Origin: an uncultured Gemmatimonadales bacterium | GTDB taxonomy: Bacteria > Gemmatimonadota > Gemmatimonadetes > Longimicrobiales > RSA9 | DNA: 64,000 nucleotides | Direction of reading: 5' to 3' | NCBI GenBank assembly: GCA_963816355.1 | Contig: CAWFKH010000003.1 | Span: forward strand, 480,001-544,000 | Shown here: piece by piece, positions 8,801 through 17,937 of the stretch | Numbering within the stretch: the first letter of the stretch is position 1 | Layout of the letters: each line of letters opens with the position of its first letter | The notes under the pieces: model-generated | Seen by the model: only the letters and a program-made list of their open reading frames with translations | Databases searched by the model: none | What the model was told of the DNA's origin: nothing | Made by a program: the position numbers and the translations under genes

Positions 8801-9263
8801 GACGACGTTCGGCCAGGTGCGGGAGAACTTCCGCCGCACCTTCGACGCGCTGTTCGAGGGCGGCGAGTGCGACGTCTGGCTCGCGGACGAGGCTGACCCG
8901 CTCGAGTCGCCGATCGAGGTCTCGGCCTCGCCGCGCGGCAAGCGGACGCAGCGCATCCACCAGCTCAGCGGCGGCGAGCGAGCGCTCACCGCGCTCGCGC
9001 TGCTCTTCGCGATCTACCTCGTGAAGCCGAGTCCGTTCTGCGTCCTGGACGAGGTCGACGCGCCGCTCGACGAAGCGAACATCGATCGGTTCCTGCGCAT
9101 GCTGGAACGATTCAAGGCGGAGACGCAGTTCATCATCATCACGCACAACCCGCGCACGATGGAAGCCGCCGACTGGATCTACGGCGTGACGATGGAGGAG
9201 CCGGGCGTCAGCTCGATCGTCGGCGTCCGTATGGCCGAGATCGTGAGCGGCAACGGTGGCTGA
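5892..9263 (+). CDS. smc: chromosome segregation protein SMC (short hinge)
   Basis: GFKSF, Walker A GPNGCGKSN, coiled coils, LSGGE signature, LDEVDAPLD; ATG 5892 overlaps the upstream TGA (ATGA). Confidence 0.96.
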   Translation: MKLRRLTLHGFKSFADRTDLRFHDGITAIVGPNGCGKSNISDAIRWVLGEQRASAIRSSRMDEAIFQGTSDRRRLNRAEVELGFENEDRRLAVPYDEVEIRRTVFREGGSDYELNRSSVRLRDILEICRDTGLGANAYTIIEQGMVDAILSDRTEDRRNLFEEAAGVGRYKDRRGAAQRRLEATEGDLARLDDIIAEVGSKVRALARQRRRAEQHRELRARRLAVEIAVARADLAEVEAELAAVSARLGDVASEDPAARTALSTAETELERRRLAAVEASRVRNATAERLEGANREIASLERELAVAAERRTHALRRLEQIEAERSDLTARRSTLEEEGVALEAERDIQRGETDALAARLDEVQVRLQERRRLLVESRQEDERLRAREEELSRKMTRAQAEAAGADARATELKRRLERIDREREELEGELVRLDEQGDLFASRTRETAAAMTELEEQREQASVRLEALRREEAEARRHLVEAEDRANLLATRHATLESLDREFHGFAPTVAALLTRRGDVDGLLGPVAEFLELDEARAAQVEASLKSLLQVLVVHDDAAIERVRALLSAEKSSEGAVALLRLEEVAALEELLGHVRFAGRAADEPTILGRRARIAALQAEAETASAEAEERRSDRARFSDALEEAERDLRGLEERLRELDLELRRAHADEAARAGRQKQVHRSREELEQQKRQMQQGNDRGRRESAKLRAQQEELVAALDAVRDERRAALRLVAEREAAWDALREEEAEIRVLHARAESALGALERRLALTGESVKLAGSRLGVLGEEEAEHRRSLQQIERLEEESQGVLEGLFGARDELGRELRDLDEKAEAERRAIDALEAEARALRRSVDEVGETRHQLELRRSHLENAERSVRERLEAEWGRPYDVLAASAMPAEGEVEPLREEARRLAAELERLGPVNLLAIEEYEEERQRLEFLTTQRDDLVRAKEELQTAIREINRTARELFETTFGQVRENFRRTFDALFEGGECDVWLADEADPLESPIEVSASPRGKRTQRIHQLSGGERALTALALLFAIYLVKPSPFCVLDEVDAPLDEANIDRFLRMLERFKAETQFIIITHNPRTMEAADWIYGVTMEEPGVSSIVGVRMAEIVSGNGG

Positions 9264-11739
9264 GCGACGGCGTCCGGCCGCCCTGTTCGCGGCCGCCTCG
9301 GTCGCGGCGCTCGCGACGGCGCTCGCCGGCCTCTTCGTGCGCGACGCCGCCCCGCCCGCCGGGCGGCCGCGGCTCGTCTGGATCTTCTTCGACTCGGCCG
9401 CCGCCGCTTCGGATGCGCCGCCAGCCCTGTCGCCGGCCGCGCTGGAGCGGCGGCGCGAGCAGGGGGTCCGCCTGCTCGCGGGTGACCGGCCGATCCCGCC
9501 GCGACTGCTCGACGAGATCGAGCGCGCCGGGGGGCGCGTCCGCGCGCGGAGCCGCTGGCTGCGCGCCGTCAGCGCATGGGCGGATGCGGACGCGGTGCGG
9601 CGGATCGCGGCGCTGCCCGACGTGCGCGCCGTCGGCCCCGTCGCCACGCTGCGGTCCACGTCCGTTCCGGGCGCTTCGCGCGGCGCGTGGCGGGCGCCGT
9701 CCCCGGATGGCGGGCCCGGTTCCGCCACGGCCTCTGCGGGCGCGGGTCGCGGGGCGGCCTCCCAGGCGGCGCAGGCGGGCTCCGGGTGCGCGGTAGCGGA
9801 CGACCCCAGCTTCCCGAGCCCGGCGTCCTACGGCGACCTCTACCCCGCGCTCCAGCAGATGCGGGTGCCGGGGGTGCACGGGCTCGGCCTGAGTGGGCGC
9901 GGCGTGCGCATCGGCGTCCTGGACACCGGCTTCGAGCCGGGCCACAACAGCCTCTCCCCTCTCGTGGTCGAGAACGCGCGGGACTTCATCGGCGACGACG
10001 CGGTGGTTTCGGACGAGCCGGGCGACGTGACGTCCCCCGAGGACCCGGAGGACCACGGCACGTGGGTCTGGTCGATCCTCGCCGGCTGCGCCCCGGGGCG
10101 CCTGGTAGGGCCGGCCTTCGGCGCCCGCTTCCTGCTGGCGAAGGTGGAGGATCCGAACCACGACGTGCAGGCGAACGAGGACCGCTGGGTCCAGGGACTC
10201 GAATGGGCCGACTCGCTCGGCGCGCGCGTCGTCAATTCATCCCTCGCCTACCGCCTCTTCGACGACGGCACGTCCTACGCCTTCGACCAGCTCGACGGCG
10301 ACCAGCTCGCTTCGACGCGCGCCGCGGACGCCGCCGCGCGCCGCGGCGTTCTCGTCGTCAACGCGATCGGCAACCGGGGGCCGGAGCTCGGGTCGCTGAT
10401 GGCGCCCGCCGACGCCGACAGCATCATCGCCGTGGGCGCGGCGGACGCGGCCGGACAGCCCATCCCCAGCTCGTCGCGGGGGCCCACGGCCGATGGCCGC
10501 CTCAAGCCCGATCTCATGGCGCGGGGGCTGAACCTGCCCGCCGCCGACCCTGCCGCGCCGGACGCGTACAAGCCGGCGCTCGTCGGGACGAGCTTCGCCA
10601 CACCGCTCGTGAGCGGGGCGGCGGCCCTCTTCATGGAGGCGTGGCCGAATCTCACGGCGGCGGCGGCGCGGTCCGCGTTGCTGCTCGCCGGCTCGAACGC
10701 CGAGCGAGCGAACAACAACGTCGGCTGGGGTGTGCCGGATGTGCTCTCCGCCATCTCGTTCCCACAGGGGATCACGCCGTTCGCGGTGCTCGGCACCGAC
10801 GCGAACGGCGCGTTCACGACGCTCACGCCGACTTTCCGCTGGACCGTGCCGCTGCTGCATGAGAGTGCGCGCCCGGTCCGCTACTTCCTCGAGCTGGCGA
10901 GCGATTCGCTCTTCGCGAACGTGCTCGCCAGGGATTCGGTCGGGGACGCGCTCGCGGTCGCGCTGCGGCGCCCGATCGCGCCGAGCCCGGCGGTGTGGTG
11001 GCGCATCGTCGCCGTCGCCGCCAACGGCGTCACGCGGGTCAGCCCGCGCGGAGGGCCGCTGTCGATCCCGGCGTGGGTGCGCCTGACGACGCTGAACAAC
11101 ACGAGCGGCAACTTCGTCGGAACGGCGCGGCCGACGTTCACATGGCACGCCCTGGGCGCCTCGCCGCCGGTCGGGCCGCTCGTCTTCACCCTACAGGTGC
11201 TCGCGGCCGGATCGGGTGCGGTCGTGCGCACGGTGGGCGGCGTGACCGACACGACCACCACGCTCACCGAGCCGCTCACCTTCAACGTGGCGTACCGCTG
11301 GCGCGTGATCGCCGCGTCTCCGCTCGGCGTGGCCGACACGGTGCAGAGCGTGGCGCCGTTCGTCGTCGTCAGCGAGAGCGCACCCCCCTCGACGCAGCTC
11401 TATCAGAACTTCCCGAATCCATTCCCGGCGGACGCCTCGCCGGACGGCACGACGCACTTCTGGTTCGACCTCTCCGAGCACAGCCGCGTCGAGCTGGCGG
11501 TCTACGACCTGCGCGGCCGCACGGTGCGCCGGCTGGCCCCGCTCCCCGGTTGCGGGCCCGTGGAGCTCGACGCCGGACTCTACGGCCGCGGCGAGTCGCC
11601 GTCCCCCAACCCCTGCGTCTCGACGACGTGGGATGGGCGCGACGACGCCGGCCGCCTCATGCCCGCCGGCGTCTACATCGCGCGCCTGCGCGCGGCCGGC
11701 GGCGTGCACGTCGTTCGCGTCCTCTTCCTGCGCCGCTGA
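9256..11739 (+). CDS. S8 subtilisin-like serine peptidase with Ig/FN3-like repeats and FlgD/T9SS-type C-terminal domain
   Basis: IGVLDTG (D), DHGT (H), NAIGN, GTSFATP (S); QNFPNPF...WDGRDDAG...GVYIARL. Confidence 0.9.
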   Translation: MAERRRPAALFAAASVAALATALAGLFVRDAAPPAGRPRLVWIFFDSAAAASDAPPALSPAALERRREQGVRLLAGDRPIPPRLLDEIERAGGRVRARSRWLRAVSAWADADAVRRIAALPDVRAVGPVATLRSTSVPGASRGAWRAPSPDGGPGSATASAGAGRGAASQAAQAGSGCAVADDPSFPSPASYGDLYPALQQMRVPGVHGLGLSGRGVRIGVLDTGFEPGHNSLSPLVVENARDFIGDDAVVSDEPGDVTSPEDPEDHGTWVWSILAGCAPGRLVGPAFGARFLLAKVEDPNHDVQANEDRWVQGLEWADSLGARVVNSSLAYRLFDDGTSYAFDQLDGDQLASTRAADAAARRGVLVVNAIGNRGPELGSLMAPADADSIIAVGAADAAGQPIPSSSRGPTADGRLKPDLMARGLNLPAADPAAPDAYKPALVGTSFATPLVSGAAALFMEAWPNLTAAAARSALLLAGSNAERANNNVGWGVPDVLSAISFPQGITPFAVLGTDANGAFTTLTPTFRWTVPLLHESARPVRYFLELASDSLFANVLARDSVGDALAVALRRPIAPSPAVWWRIVAVAANGVTRVSPRGGPLSIPAWVRLTTLNNTSGNFVGTARPTFTWHALGASPPVGPLVFTLQVLAAGSGAVVRTVGGVTDTTTTLTEPLTFNVAYRWRVIAASPLGVADTVQSVAPFVVVSESAPPSTQLYQNFPNPFPADASPDGTTHFWFDLSEHSRVELAVYDLRGRTVRRLAPLPGCGPVELDAGLYGRGESPSPNPCVSTTWDGRDDAGRLMPAGVYIARLRAAGGVHVVRVLFLRR

Positions 11740-11743
11740 GGCG

Positions 11744-12505
11744 ATGAACGTCGTCGTCATCGGCTCGGGAACGGTCGCGCTGCAGCCGGACCGCGTCTGC
11801 GCCGGCTATTATGTGGAAGCGGGGCCGCATCGGATCCTTCTCGATTGCGGCCCCGGCACCCCGCACCAGCTCGCGCGCTTCGGCCTGCCCTGGGAACGGG
11901 TCACGCACGTCGCGCTGAGCCACTTCCACACGGACCACGTGGCCGGACTTCCGCTGCTCCTCTTCGCCATGCGCTTCGGACTCGCCGAGCCGCGCCGCGA
12001 GCCGCTCGGGATCTGCGGGCCGCCCGGAACCGGCGGGCTGCTCGTCCGCCTCGCCGACGCGTTCGGCGACTACATGCGCGACCCCGGCTTCCCGCTCGAC
12101 CTCCACGAGATGGAGGACGCGGCCACCCTGGACCTCGAAGGCGGCATCACGCTCGCGGCCCACCGCACGCCGCACACCGAGGCGTCGCTCGCCTACCGGC
12201 TCGACGCCGCCGACGGCTCGATCGGCTATACCGGCGACACCGGCATGTCCGATTCGCTCGGCGATTTCTTCGCCGGCGTCGGTCTCCTGATCGCGGAGTG
12301 TTCGCTGCCCGACGAGCAGAGCATGGAAAGCCACATGACGCCCACGCGAGTGGCCGCCCTCGCCCGCCGTGCGCGCCCCGCGCGCCTTCTGGTGACCCAC
12401 GTCTATCCCCAGCTCGAGGGGCGTGACCTTGCCGCTCTCATCCGCGACGCCGGCTGGAGCGGCGCCCTCGATTTCGCCCGCGACGGCATGCGAATCGGTA
12501 TCTGA
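11744..12505 (+). CDS. MBL-fold metallo-hydrolase, RNase Z-like
   Basis: VIGSG, LLDCG, SHFHTDH, YTGDTG, HMTP, THVY motifs. Confidence 0.88.
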   Translation: MNVVVIGSGTVALQPDRVCAGYYVEAGPHRILLDCGPGTPHQLARFGLPWERVTHVALSHFHTDHVAGLPLLLFAMRFGLAEPRREPLGICGPPGTGGLLVRLADAFGDYMRDPGFPLDLHEMEDAATLDLEGGITLAAHRTPHTEASLAYRLDAADGSIGYTGDTGMSDSLGDFFAGVGLLIAECSLPDEQSMESHMTPTRVAALARRARPARLLVTHVYPQLEGRDLAALIRDAGWSGALDFARDGMRIGI

Positions 12506-12580
12506 GCGCGCGGCGACATGCGGGCGCGGCGGGGGCCGGCGGGCAGCGATCCTCTCGACGGCGCCGCATCCGGCGGCCTA

Positions 12581-12609
12581 TAGACGCTTTCCCGCCACAT
12601 CCTTACATT
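12581..12609 (+). promoter_or_regulatory. sigma70-type promoter TAGACG-17-TACATT upstream of aroF
   Basis: -35 12581-12586, -10 12604-12609. Confidence 0.55.
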
Positions 12610-12660
12610 CACGGCGCGCGCCATGGGCGCGCTGACTCCGCCATCTTCACGGATGCTGCC

Positions 12661-13707
12661 ATGCTGGTCGTGATGAGCCACGACGCCACGGAGATCGATG
12701 TCCGTCGCGTCGTTTCGACGATCGAGGAACTGGGTTACGAGGCCCGCCCCATACCCGGTCGCCAACGCACCGCCGTCGGTCTGGTCGGGAACGACGGAAA
12801 AGTTGACGGCGCCCGCCTCGAGGCGTTGCCGGGCGTGTTGCAGGTGATCCACGTGACGCAGCCTTACAAGCAGGTGTCGAAGGAGTGGCGAACCGATCCG
12901 ACGGTGATCACGCTGGGCAACGGCACGCGCATCGGCGGCCAGGAGCTCGTGCTGATGGCGGGGCCGTGCTCCGTCGAGTCGGAGGAGCAGATCCTGACGA
13001 TCGCCCACCGGCTGCGCCGCGCGGGCGCGACGGTCCTGCGTGGCGGTGCGTTCAAGCCACGCACCTCGCCGTATTCGTTCCAGGGCCTCGGAGTCGAAGG
13101 ACTGCGCCTGCTCGCGCGCGCCCGGGAGGAGACGGACCTCGCGATCGTGACGGAGGCGCTCGAGCCCGAGACGCTCGATGTCGTCGCCGAATACGCCGAC
13201 ATCGTCCAGATCGGCGCGCGCAACATGCAGAACTATCCGCTTCTGCGGCGGGCGGGTCGTGCCGGCAGGCCGGTGCTGCTGAAGCGCGGCATGGCGGCGA
13301 CGATCAAGGAGCTGCTGCTCGCCGCGGAGTACGTGGTGGCCGAGGGCAACCCGAACGTGGTGCTGTGCGAGCGCGGCGTCCGCAGCTTCGATCCGCAGAC
13401 GCGCAACCTGCTGGACCTCACGGCGATCCCCGTGGTGCACTCGCTCTCGCACCTGCCGATCATCGCCGATCCGAGCCACGGCACCGGCATGCGCTCGAAG
13501 GTGACACCGATGGCGCGAGCCGCGGTCGCGGCGGGCGCGGATGGCCTCATGATCGAGGTGCACCCCAATCCCGACCGCGCGCTCTCCGACGGCGCGCAGT
13601 CGCTCCACCCGGAGCAGTTCGAGGAGCTGATGGAGCAGATCGCCCACATCGCCGAAGCGATCGGGCGCCGTCTCGCGCCCCCGCTCGCGGAGCGCCTCGC
13701 CGTCTGA
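12661..13707 (+). CDS. aroF: DAHP synthase type I-beta with N-terminal regulatory domain
   Basis: AGPCSVES, RGGAFKPRTSPYSFQG, QIGARNMQN, DPSHGTG. Confidence 0.95.
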   Translation: MLVVMSHDATEIDVRRVVSTIEELGYEARPIPGRQRTAVGLVGNDGKVDGARLEALPGVLQVIHVTQPYKQVSKEWRTDPTVITLGNGTRIGGQELVLMAGPCSVESEEQILTIAHRLRRAGATVLRGGAFKPRTSPYSFQGLGVEGLRLLARAREETDLAIVTEALEPETLDVVAEYADIVQIGARNMQNYPLLRRAGRAGRPVLLKRGMAATIKELLLAAEYVVAEGNPNVVLCERGVRSFDPQTRNLLDLTAIPVVHSLSHLPIIADPSHGTGMRSKVTPMARAAVAAGADGLMIEVHPNPDRALSDGAQSLHPEQFEELMEQIAHIAEAIGRRLAPPLAERLAV

Positions 13708-13810
13708 GGCGCGGCATCCGTCGCCGCGGCCGGCTGCACCGCCGCGGCGCCGCACGGCACGGACCCGTCCCGCCATGGCGCCGCCCCTCGTGGCGGCGCT
13801 TCTTTCGGCC

Positions 13811-14179
13811 ATGCCTGCATCGCACGAGCTCGGACGTCGCGGCGAGGCGCTGGCGGCGGAATGGCTGCGGCGCCGCGGCTGGCGCATCCTGCACCGCAAT
13901 TTCCGGGAGGGGCGGCGCGAGATCGACCTCGTCGCGCGGCGCGGCGTGACGATCGCTTTCGTCGAGGTGAAGACGCGCACGGACCGCAGCTTCGGCGATC
14001 CGCTCGAGTCGGTCACGCGCGCCAAGCGGCGGGAGATCGAGCGGGTCGCGCGCGGTTGGGCGGCGCGCAACGGGCGGCCCGGCGACTGCTACCGCTTCGA
14101 CGCGATCGGCGTCGTGTGGCCGGCGAACGGGCGTCCGCGCATCGAACACGTGCCGGACGCGTGGCGCCGCGGCGGCTGA
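13811..14179 (+). CDS. yraN: YraN family nuclease
   Basis: GRRGEALA...EIDLVA...FVEVKTR...RFDAIGV...HVPDAW; start 13811 preferred over 13775. Confidence 0.92.
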   Translation: MPASHELGRRGEALAAEWLRRRGWRILHRNFREGRREIDLVARRGVTIAFVEVKTRTDRSFGDPLESVTRAKRREIERVARGWAARNGRPGDCYRFDAIGVVWPANGRPRIEHVPDAWRRGG

Positions 14180-14281
14180 GCGACTACTCGGCCTGCTCGC
14201 GCAGCATCGCGCCGATGCGGGGTCATGCCGCGGCCGCGCTCGGGCGGCATGTCCGCGAGGCGGAGCAGGTCGGGACCCTCG

Positions 14282-14725
14282 CTAGCCGACGAAGCGGCGG
14301 TGGTCGATCATCATGCAGCGATCCTGCACGACCGCGATCCCGGCCCGCGCGAGCTCGGCGGCCACGCGGTCGTGGCGGATCCCCGATTGCATCCAGACGG
14401 CGCGCGGACGGGAGGCGAGGAGGTCGGGCAGGTGGGGCGGGATGTCGCGCGGCCGCCGGAAGACCTCGACGATGTCGATCCCTCCCGGAACCTCCTGCAG
14501 CCGCCGATAGACTTCGCCGCCCAGGATCCGGGTCACTTCCGGGTAGTAGACGGGAACGGGCACGATGTCGTATCCCGCGCTCTGCAGGTAGCGGGGTACG
14601 TAGTGGGCCGGCTGTGACGCGCGCGACTCCGGTTTGATGCCGAGCACGGCAATGCGACGCGCCCCGGCGAGCAGAGCCCGAATGGCGTCGTCGTCGTCCA
14701 CGAGCAGCTCCTCCCATGCCGCCAT
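14282..14725 (-). CDS. CoA-binding domain protein (YccU-like)
   Basis: RIAVLGIK...YLQSAGYDIVPV...DIVEVFR...VWMQSGI...DRC. Confidence 0.9.
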   Translation of the reverse strand: MAAWEELLVDDDDAIRALLAGARRIAVLGIKPESRASQPAHYVPRYLQSAGYDIVPVPVYYPEVTRILGGEVYRRLQEVPGGIDIVEVFRRPRDIPPHLPDLLASRPRAVWMQSGIRHDRVAAELARAGIAVVQDRCMMIDHRRFVG

Positions 14726-14744
14726 CTGATTCTCCCGCGCGGAC

Positions 14745-14773
14745 TTGACCCGATGCCGCGCAATCGTTAGCGT
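14745..14773 (+). promoter_or_regulatory. ffs promoter TTGACC-17-TAGCGT
   Basis: -35 14745-14750, -10 14768-14773, 6 nt before the RNA 5' end. Confidence 0.7.
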
Positions 14774-14779
14774 GTTCTC

Positions 14780-14881
14780 GGCGTCCCAGGATCCAAGGGC
14801 GTGAACCCACGAACTCCGTCAGGACCCCGCAGGTAGCAGCGGTAAGTGTGGTGAGCGTCGCTTGGGCCATCCTGGGGCGTC
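14780..14881 (+). ncRNA. ffs: small SRP RNA (4.5S)
   Basis: Terminal stem GGCGTCCCAGGA/TCCTGGGGCGTC, helix-8 core CCGTCAGG...AGCAGCGG, followed by a T-rich run; classic position before dnaX. Confidence 0.93.
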
Positions 14882-14987
14882 TTCTTTTCCCCCCTGCTTC
14901 CCCTCTTCTGCACTTGCCGTGCGAGCGCGTCGGCCCTAAGGTGACCCGCGGCATCGTCCAACGTTCCCCGCCACGCCCGATCTTCGA

Positions 14988-16847
14988 ATGAGCAGGACCG
15001 CGCTCGCGCGCAAATACCGGCCGCGCCGATTCTCCGAGCTCTCGCGTCAGGAGCACGTCGCCGAGACGCTGAAATCGGCCGTCGCGCGCGGTCGCGTGGC
15101 GCACGCCTACCTCTTTGCCGGTCCCCGCGGCGTGGGCAAGACGACGGCCGCCCGCGTCCTCGCGATGGCGCTCAACTGTCCCAACCGCGGCGAGGACGGC
15201 GAGCCGTGCGGCGCGTGCGAGTCGTGCGAGCGGATCTGGGCCGGCCGCACTTCGCTCGACGTGATCGAGATCGACGCGGCGTCCAACCGCGGCGTCGACG
15301 ACGCGCGCGACCTGCGCGAGCGCGCCATGTACGCGCCCACGGACGAGCACCGCTACAAGGTCTACATCATCGACGAGGCGCACATGCTCACGCGCGAGGC
15401 GTGGAACGCGCTCCTCAAGATCCTCGAGGAGCCGCCGCCCCGCGTGATCTTCGCTTTCGCCACGACGGAGCCGCAGAAGATCCAGCAGGCGGCGCCCCCC
15501 ATCCTGTCGCGCTGCCAGCGCTTCGACTTCCGCCGCATCGGGGTCACGGCGATCGTCGAGCGGCTCACCGAGGTCCTCGCGCGCGAGGGCGTTGAGGCGG
15601 AGCCGGAGGCGCTCACCGCGCTGGCGCGCCGCGCCGAAGGAGGCCTGCGCGACGCCCTGTCGCTCCTCGACCAGGTCCTCTCGGTCGTGGACGAGCGCGT
15701 CTCCCTGGAGGATGTGACGCGCCTCCTCGGCGTCGTCGCCGACGAGGTCTACGTCGACCTCTTCGAGATCCTCGCCGACCGCCGTCATGGCGACATCTTC
15801 CGCTTCGTCCAGGCGCTCGTCGACGAAGGCTACGACCTCACCGAGTTCTATCGCGGCCTGGCCAATGCGCTGCGCACCCGCCTCGTCGCCTGCTTCGACG
15901 GCGCCGCGGAGATCGACGTCCGCGAGGACCTGCGTGCGCCGATCGCCCAGCAGGCAGCCCGCTTCGCGCCGGGCGACCTGCTGCGCATGCTCTCCCACGT
16001 CGCCGAGATCGACGTCGAGGGACGCTTCCGCAAGAGCGGCAACCCGCGCGTCCTCATCGAGACGATGCTGCTCCGTTTCGCCCACCTCGACCGCACCGTC
16101 GAGATCGAGACGCTCATCCACGACCTCGAGGGCGCTCCCGACGGCGGCGGCCCGTCCCACTCCCCGGCGCCTCGCGCGCCGACGTCGCGCGGCGGCGGCG
16201 GCGGATCCGGCGGTGCGACACGCCCGCCCGCCGGGACCGCGGGCCGCTCCGGGGACGCGGCGCCGCGCGGCCCCGGCGGCGCTCCCCCGCGGGGCGCAGC
16301 CCGTGCGCCCGATGGCGGCGCATCGAGGTCGTCCTCGGCGCGGCCGGAAGCCTACGGCGGCGGCGGCGCGACCGCCGCCGCGGCCGGCGGCTCGACGGCG
16401 CTCGTGGCGGAGCGCCACGCCGCGCCGCCGCACCGCGCGGCAGTGGACGCCGCGCCGGCGGGCCAGGGCGACGCCGAACGGGCGTTCCGCCGCGTCCTCA
16501 CCACCGAGACGCTGCCGGCTGGAATGGGCCCGTTCCTGCGCGCCGCGCAGATCGCCGAGCCGGTCCGCGGCCGCGTCCGCATCGCGTTGCCCGCGGGGCC
16601 CGGCCTCGAGCGCCTCGCTTCCGATGGCGCCGCGAGGGCCGGTCTGCAGCGGGCGCTGCGCGAGGCGCTCGGGCGCGCGGTCGAGCTGGAAGTCACGGCC
16701 GCCACGGCCACGCGAGGAGGCGATGCGGCCGCGCCGGCGCGCCTCACCGCCGAGCGGGTCCGCATCGACCGTCTGGAGCGCATGACGCGCGAGGAACCGG
16801 AGCTTCGGCGGGTGGTAGAAGAATGGGACCTCGAGCTCCTGGAATGA
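14988..16847 (+). CDS. dnaX: DNA polymerase III subunit gamma/tau
   Basis: LARKYRP, GPRGVGKTT, zinc Cys cluster, EIDAASN, IIDEAHML, SRC. Confidence 0.97.
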   Translation: MSRTALARKYRPRRFSELSRQEHVAETLKSAVARGRVAHAYLFAGPRGVGKTTAARVLAMALNCPNRGEDGEPCGACESCERIWAGRTSLDVIEIDAASNRGVDDARDLRERAMYAPTDEHRYKVYIIDEAHMLTREAWNALLKILEEPPPRVIFAFATTEPQKIQQAAPPILSRCQRFDFRRIGVTAIVERLTEVLAREGVEAEPEALTALARRAEGGLRDALSLLDQVLSVVDERVSLEDVTRLLGVVADEVYVDLFEILADRRHGDIFRFVQALVDEGYDLTEFYRGLANALRTRLVACFDGAAEIDVREDLRAPIAQQAARFAPGDLLRMLSHVAEIDVEGRFRKSGNPRVLIETMLLRFAHLDRTVEIETLIHDLEGAPDGGGPSHSPAPRAPTSRGGGGGSGGATRPPAGTAGRSGDAAPRGPGGAPPRGAARAPDGGASRSSSARPEAYGGGGATAAAAGGSTALVAERHAAPPHRAAVDAAPAGQGDAERAFRRVLTTETLPAGMGPFLRAAQIAEPVRGRVRIALPAGPGLERLASDGAARAGLQRALREALGRAVELEVTAATATRGGDAAAPARLTAERVRIDRLERMTREEPELRRVVEEWDLELLE

Positions 16848-16882
16848 CGCCGTGGTCGGTGAGCGTGCACCGCGGTTCTGCC

Positions 16883-16912
16883 TTGCGATCCGCGATGCGC
16901 GCCGTCTATGTT
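16883..16912 (+). promoter_or_regulatory. internal promoter TTGCGA-18-TATGTT before ybaB
   Basis: -35 16883-16888, -10 16907-16912. Confidence 0.4.
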
Positions 16913-16941
16913 GCATGTTCTCCCGACCGGGAATCGGAGGC

Positions 16942-17265
16942 ATGACGAATCTGCAGCAGATCCTCCAGATGGGCCAGCAGGTGCAGGCCCGGATGACGGA
17001 GCTCCAGACGGAGCTCGACAAGCGCACGATCCAGTGCTCGAGTGGTGGCGGCATGGTCACGGTCACGGCGGACGGCCGCGGCCGCGTCCGTGAGGTGAAG
17101 ATCGATCCGTCCGTCGTCGATGCGACCGACGTCGAGATGCTGGAGGACCTCGTGCTCGCCGCCGTCTCCGAGGCGCAGCAGAGGGCGCAGCACGTCTACG
17201 AGGAGGAGCTGAAGAAGCTCGGGGGAGGCCTGCCGCTCCCGTTCCAGCTCCCGAACTTCCCATAG
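16942..17265 (+). CDS. ybaB: YbaB/EbfC nucleoid-associated protein
   Basis: SSGGGMVTVTADG...DVEMLEDLVLAAV; GGAGG before ATG 16942. Confidence 0.93.
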   Translation: MTNLQQILQMGQQVQARMTELQTELDKRTIQCSSGGGMVTVTADGRGRVREVKIDPSVVDATDVEMLEDLVLAAVSEAQQRAQHVYEEELKKLGGGLPLPFQLPNFP

Positions 17266-17308
17266 TCCGGGAGCGCGTGCGCAGCTCCCCGTCGCGCGCC
17301 TGGAACGG

Positions 17309-17899
17309 ATGTCGGCGATCGATTCCCTGGTAGCGGAGTTCGCGAGGCTCCCGGGGATCGGCCGCAAAACGGCGCTCCGGCTCACGTTCTTCCTCCTGAA
17401 GCGACCGCCCGAGGAGATCCGACGGCTGTCGGCGGCGCTGGACGGCGTGGCGGCCCGCGTGCGCGCCTGCTCGCGCTGCGGCAACCTGACCGAGGAGGAT
17501 CCGTGCGACGTCTGCGCCGATCCGCGGCGTGACGCGAGCCTCGTCTGCGTCGTCGAGGAAGCGTCCGACATCGGCGCGATCGAACGGACGGGGGAGTACC
17601 GCGGCGTGTATCACGTGCTCGGCGGCCGCCTTTCCCCACTGGAGGGGATCGGTCCGGAGGACCTCAACATCCGCTCTCTGGTGGAGCGTGTCGGCGATGG
17701 AGCCGCGGTTCGCGAGGTGATCGTCGCGACCAATCCGAGCGTGGAAGGCGAGGCGACGGCGATCTACCTCCACAAGTTGATCGGGCCGCTCGGCGTGCGC
17801 GTGACGCGGCTGGCGCGCGGTCTGCCGGTCGGCGGCGATCTGGAGTACGCCGACGGCGTGACGATCGCGCAGGCGCTCGCGGGGCGGCGAGAATTCTGA
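17309..17899 (+). CDS. recR: recombination mediator RecR
   Basis: LPGIGRKTA HhH, C4 zinc finger, YHVLGG, EGEATA Toprim. Confidence 0.97.
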   Translation: MSAIDSLVAEFARLPGIGRKTALRLTFFLLKRPPEEIRRLSAALDGVAARVRACSRCGNLTEEDPCDVCADPRRDASLVCVVEEASDIGAIERTGEYRGVYHVLGGRLSPLEGIGPEDLNIRSLVERVGDGAAVREVIVATNPSVEGEATAIYLHKLIGPLGVRVTRLARGLPVGGDLEYADGVTIAQALAGRREF

Positions 17900-17937
17900 A
17901 TTTCGGAGAGATCCGATCCCGACAGGAGGAGGAGTCG

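Noticed and set aside
5775..9728. Very long antisense or alternative-frame ORFs (also 17-2287, 14223-17066, 33452-36328, 62104-63957 and many others)
   Set aside because: Shadows of real genes: high GC3 suppresses stop codons in other frames; products are Arg/Ala/Gly/Pro-rich with no motifs
14189..14272. Multi-branched fold between convergent yraN and the CoA-binding gene as an ncRNA
   Set aside because: No promoter or family motif; such stems are expected at this GC content and more simply serve as a 3' end structure
16120..16480. Programmed frameshift or slippage site in dnaX for gamma/tau
   Set aside because: No A-rich slippery heptamer or poly-A tract; it is a G/A/P/R low-complexity linker
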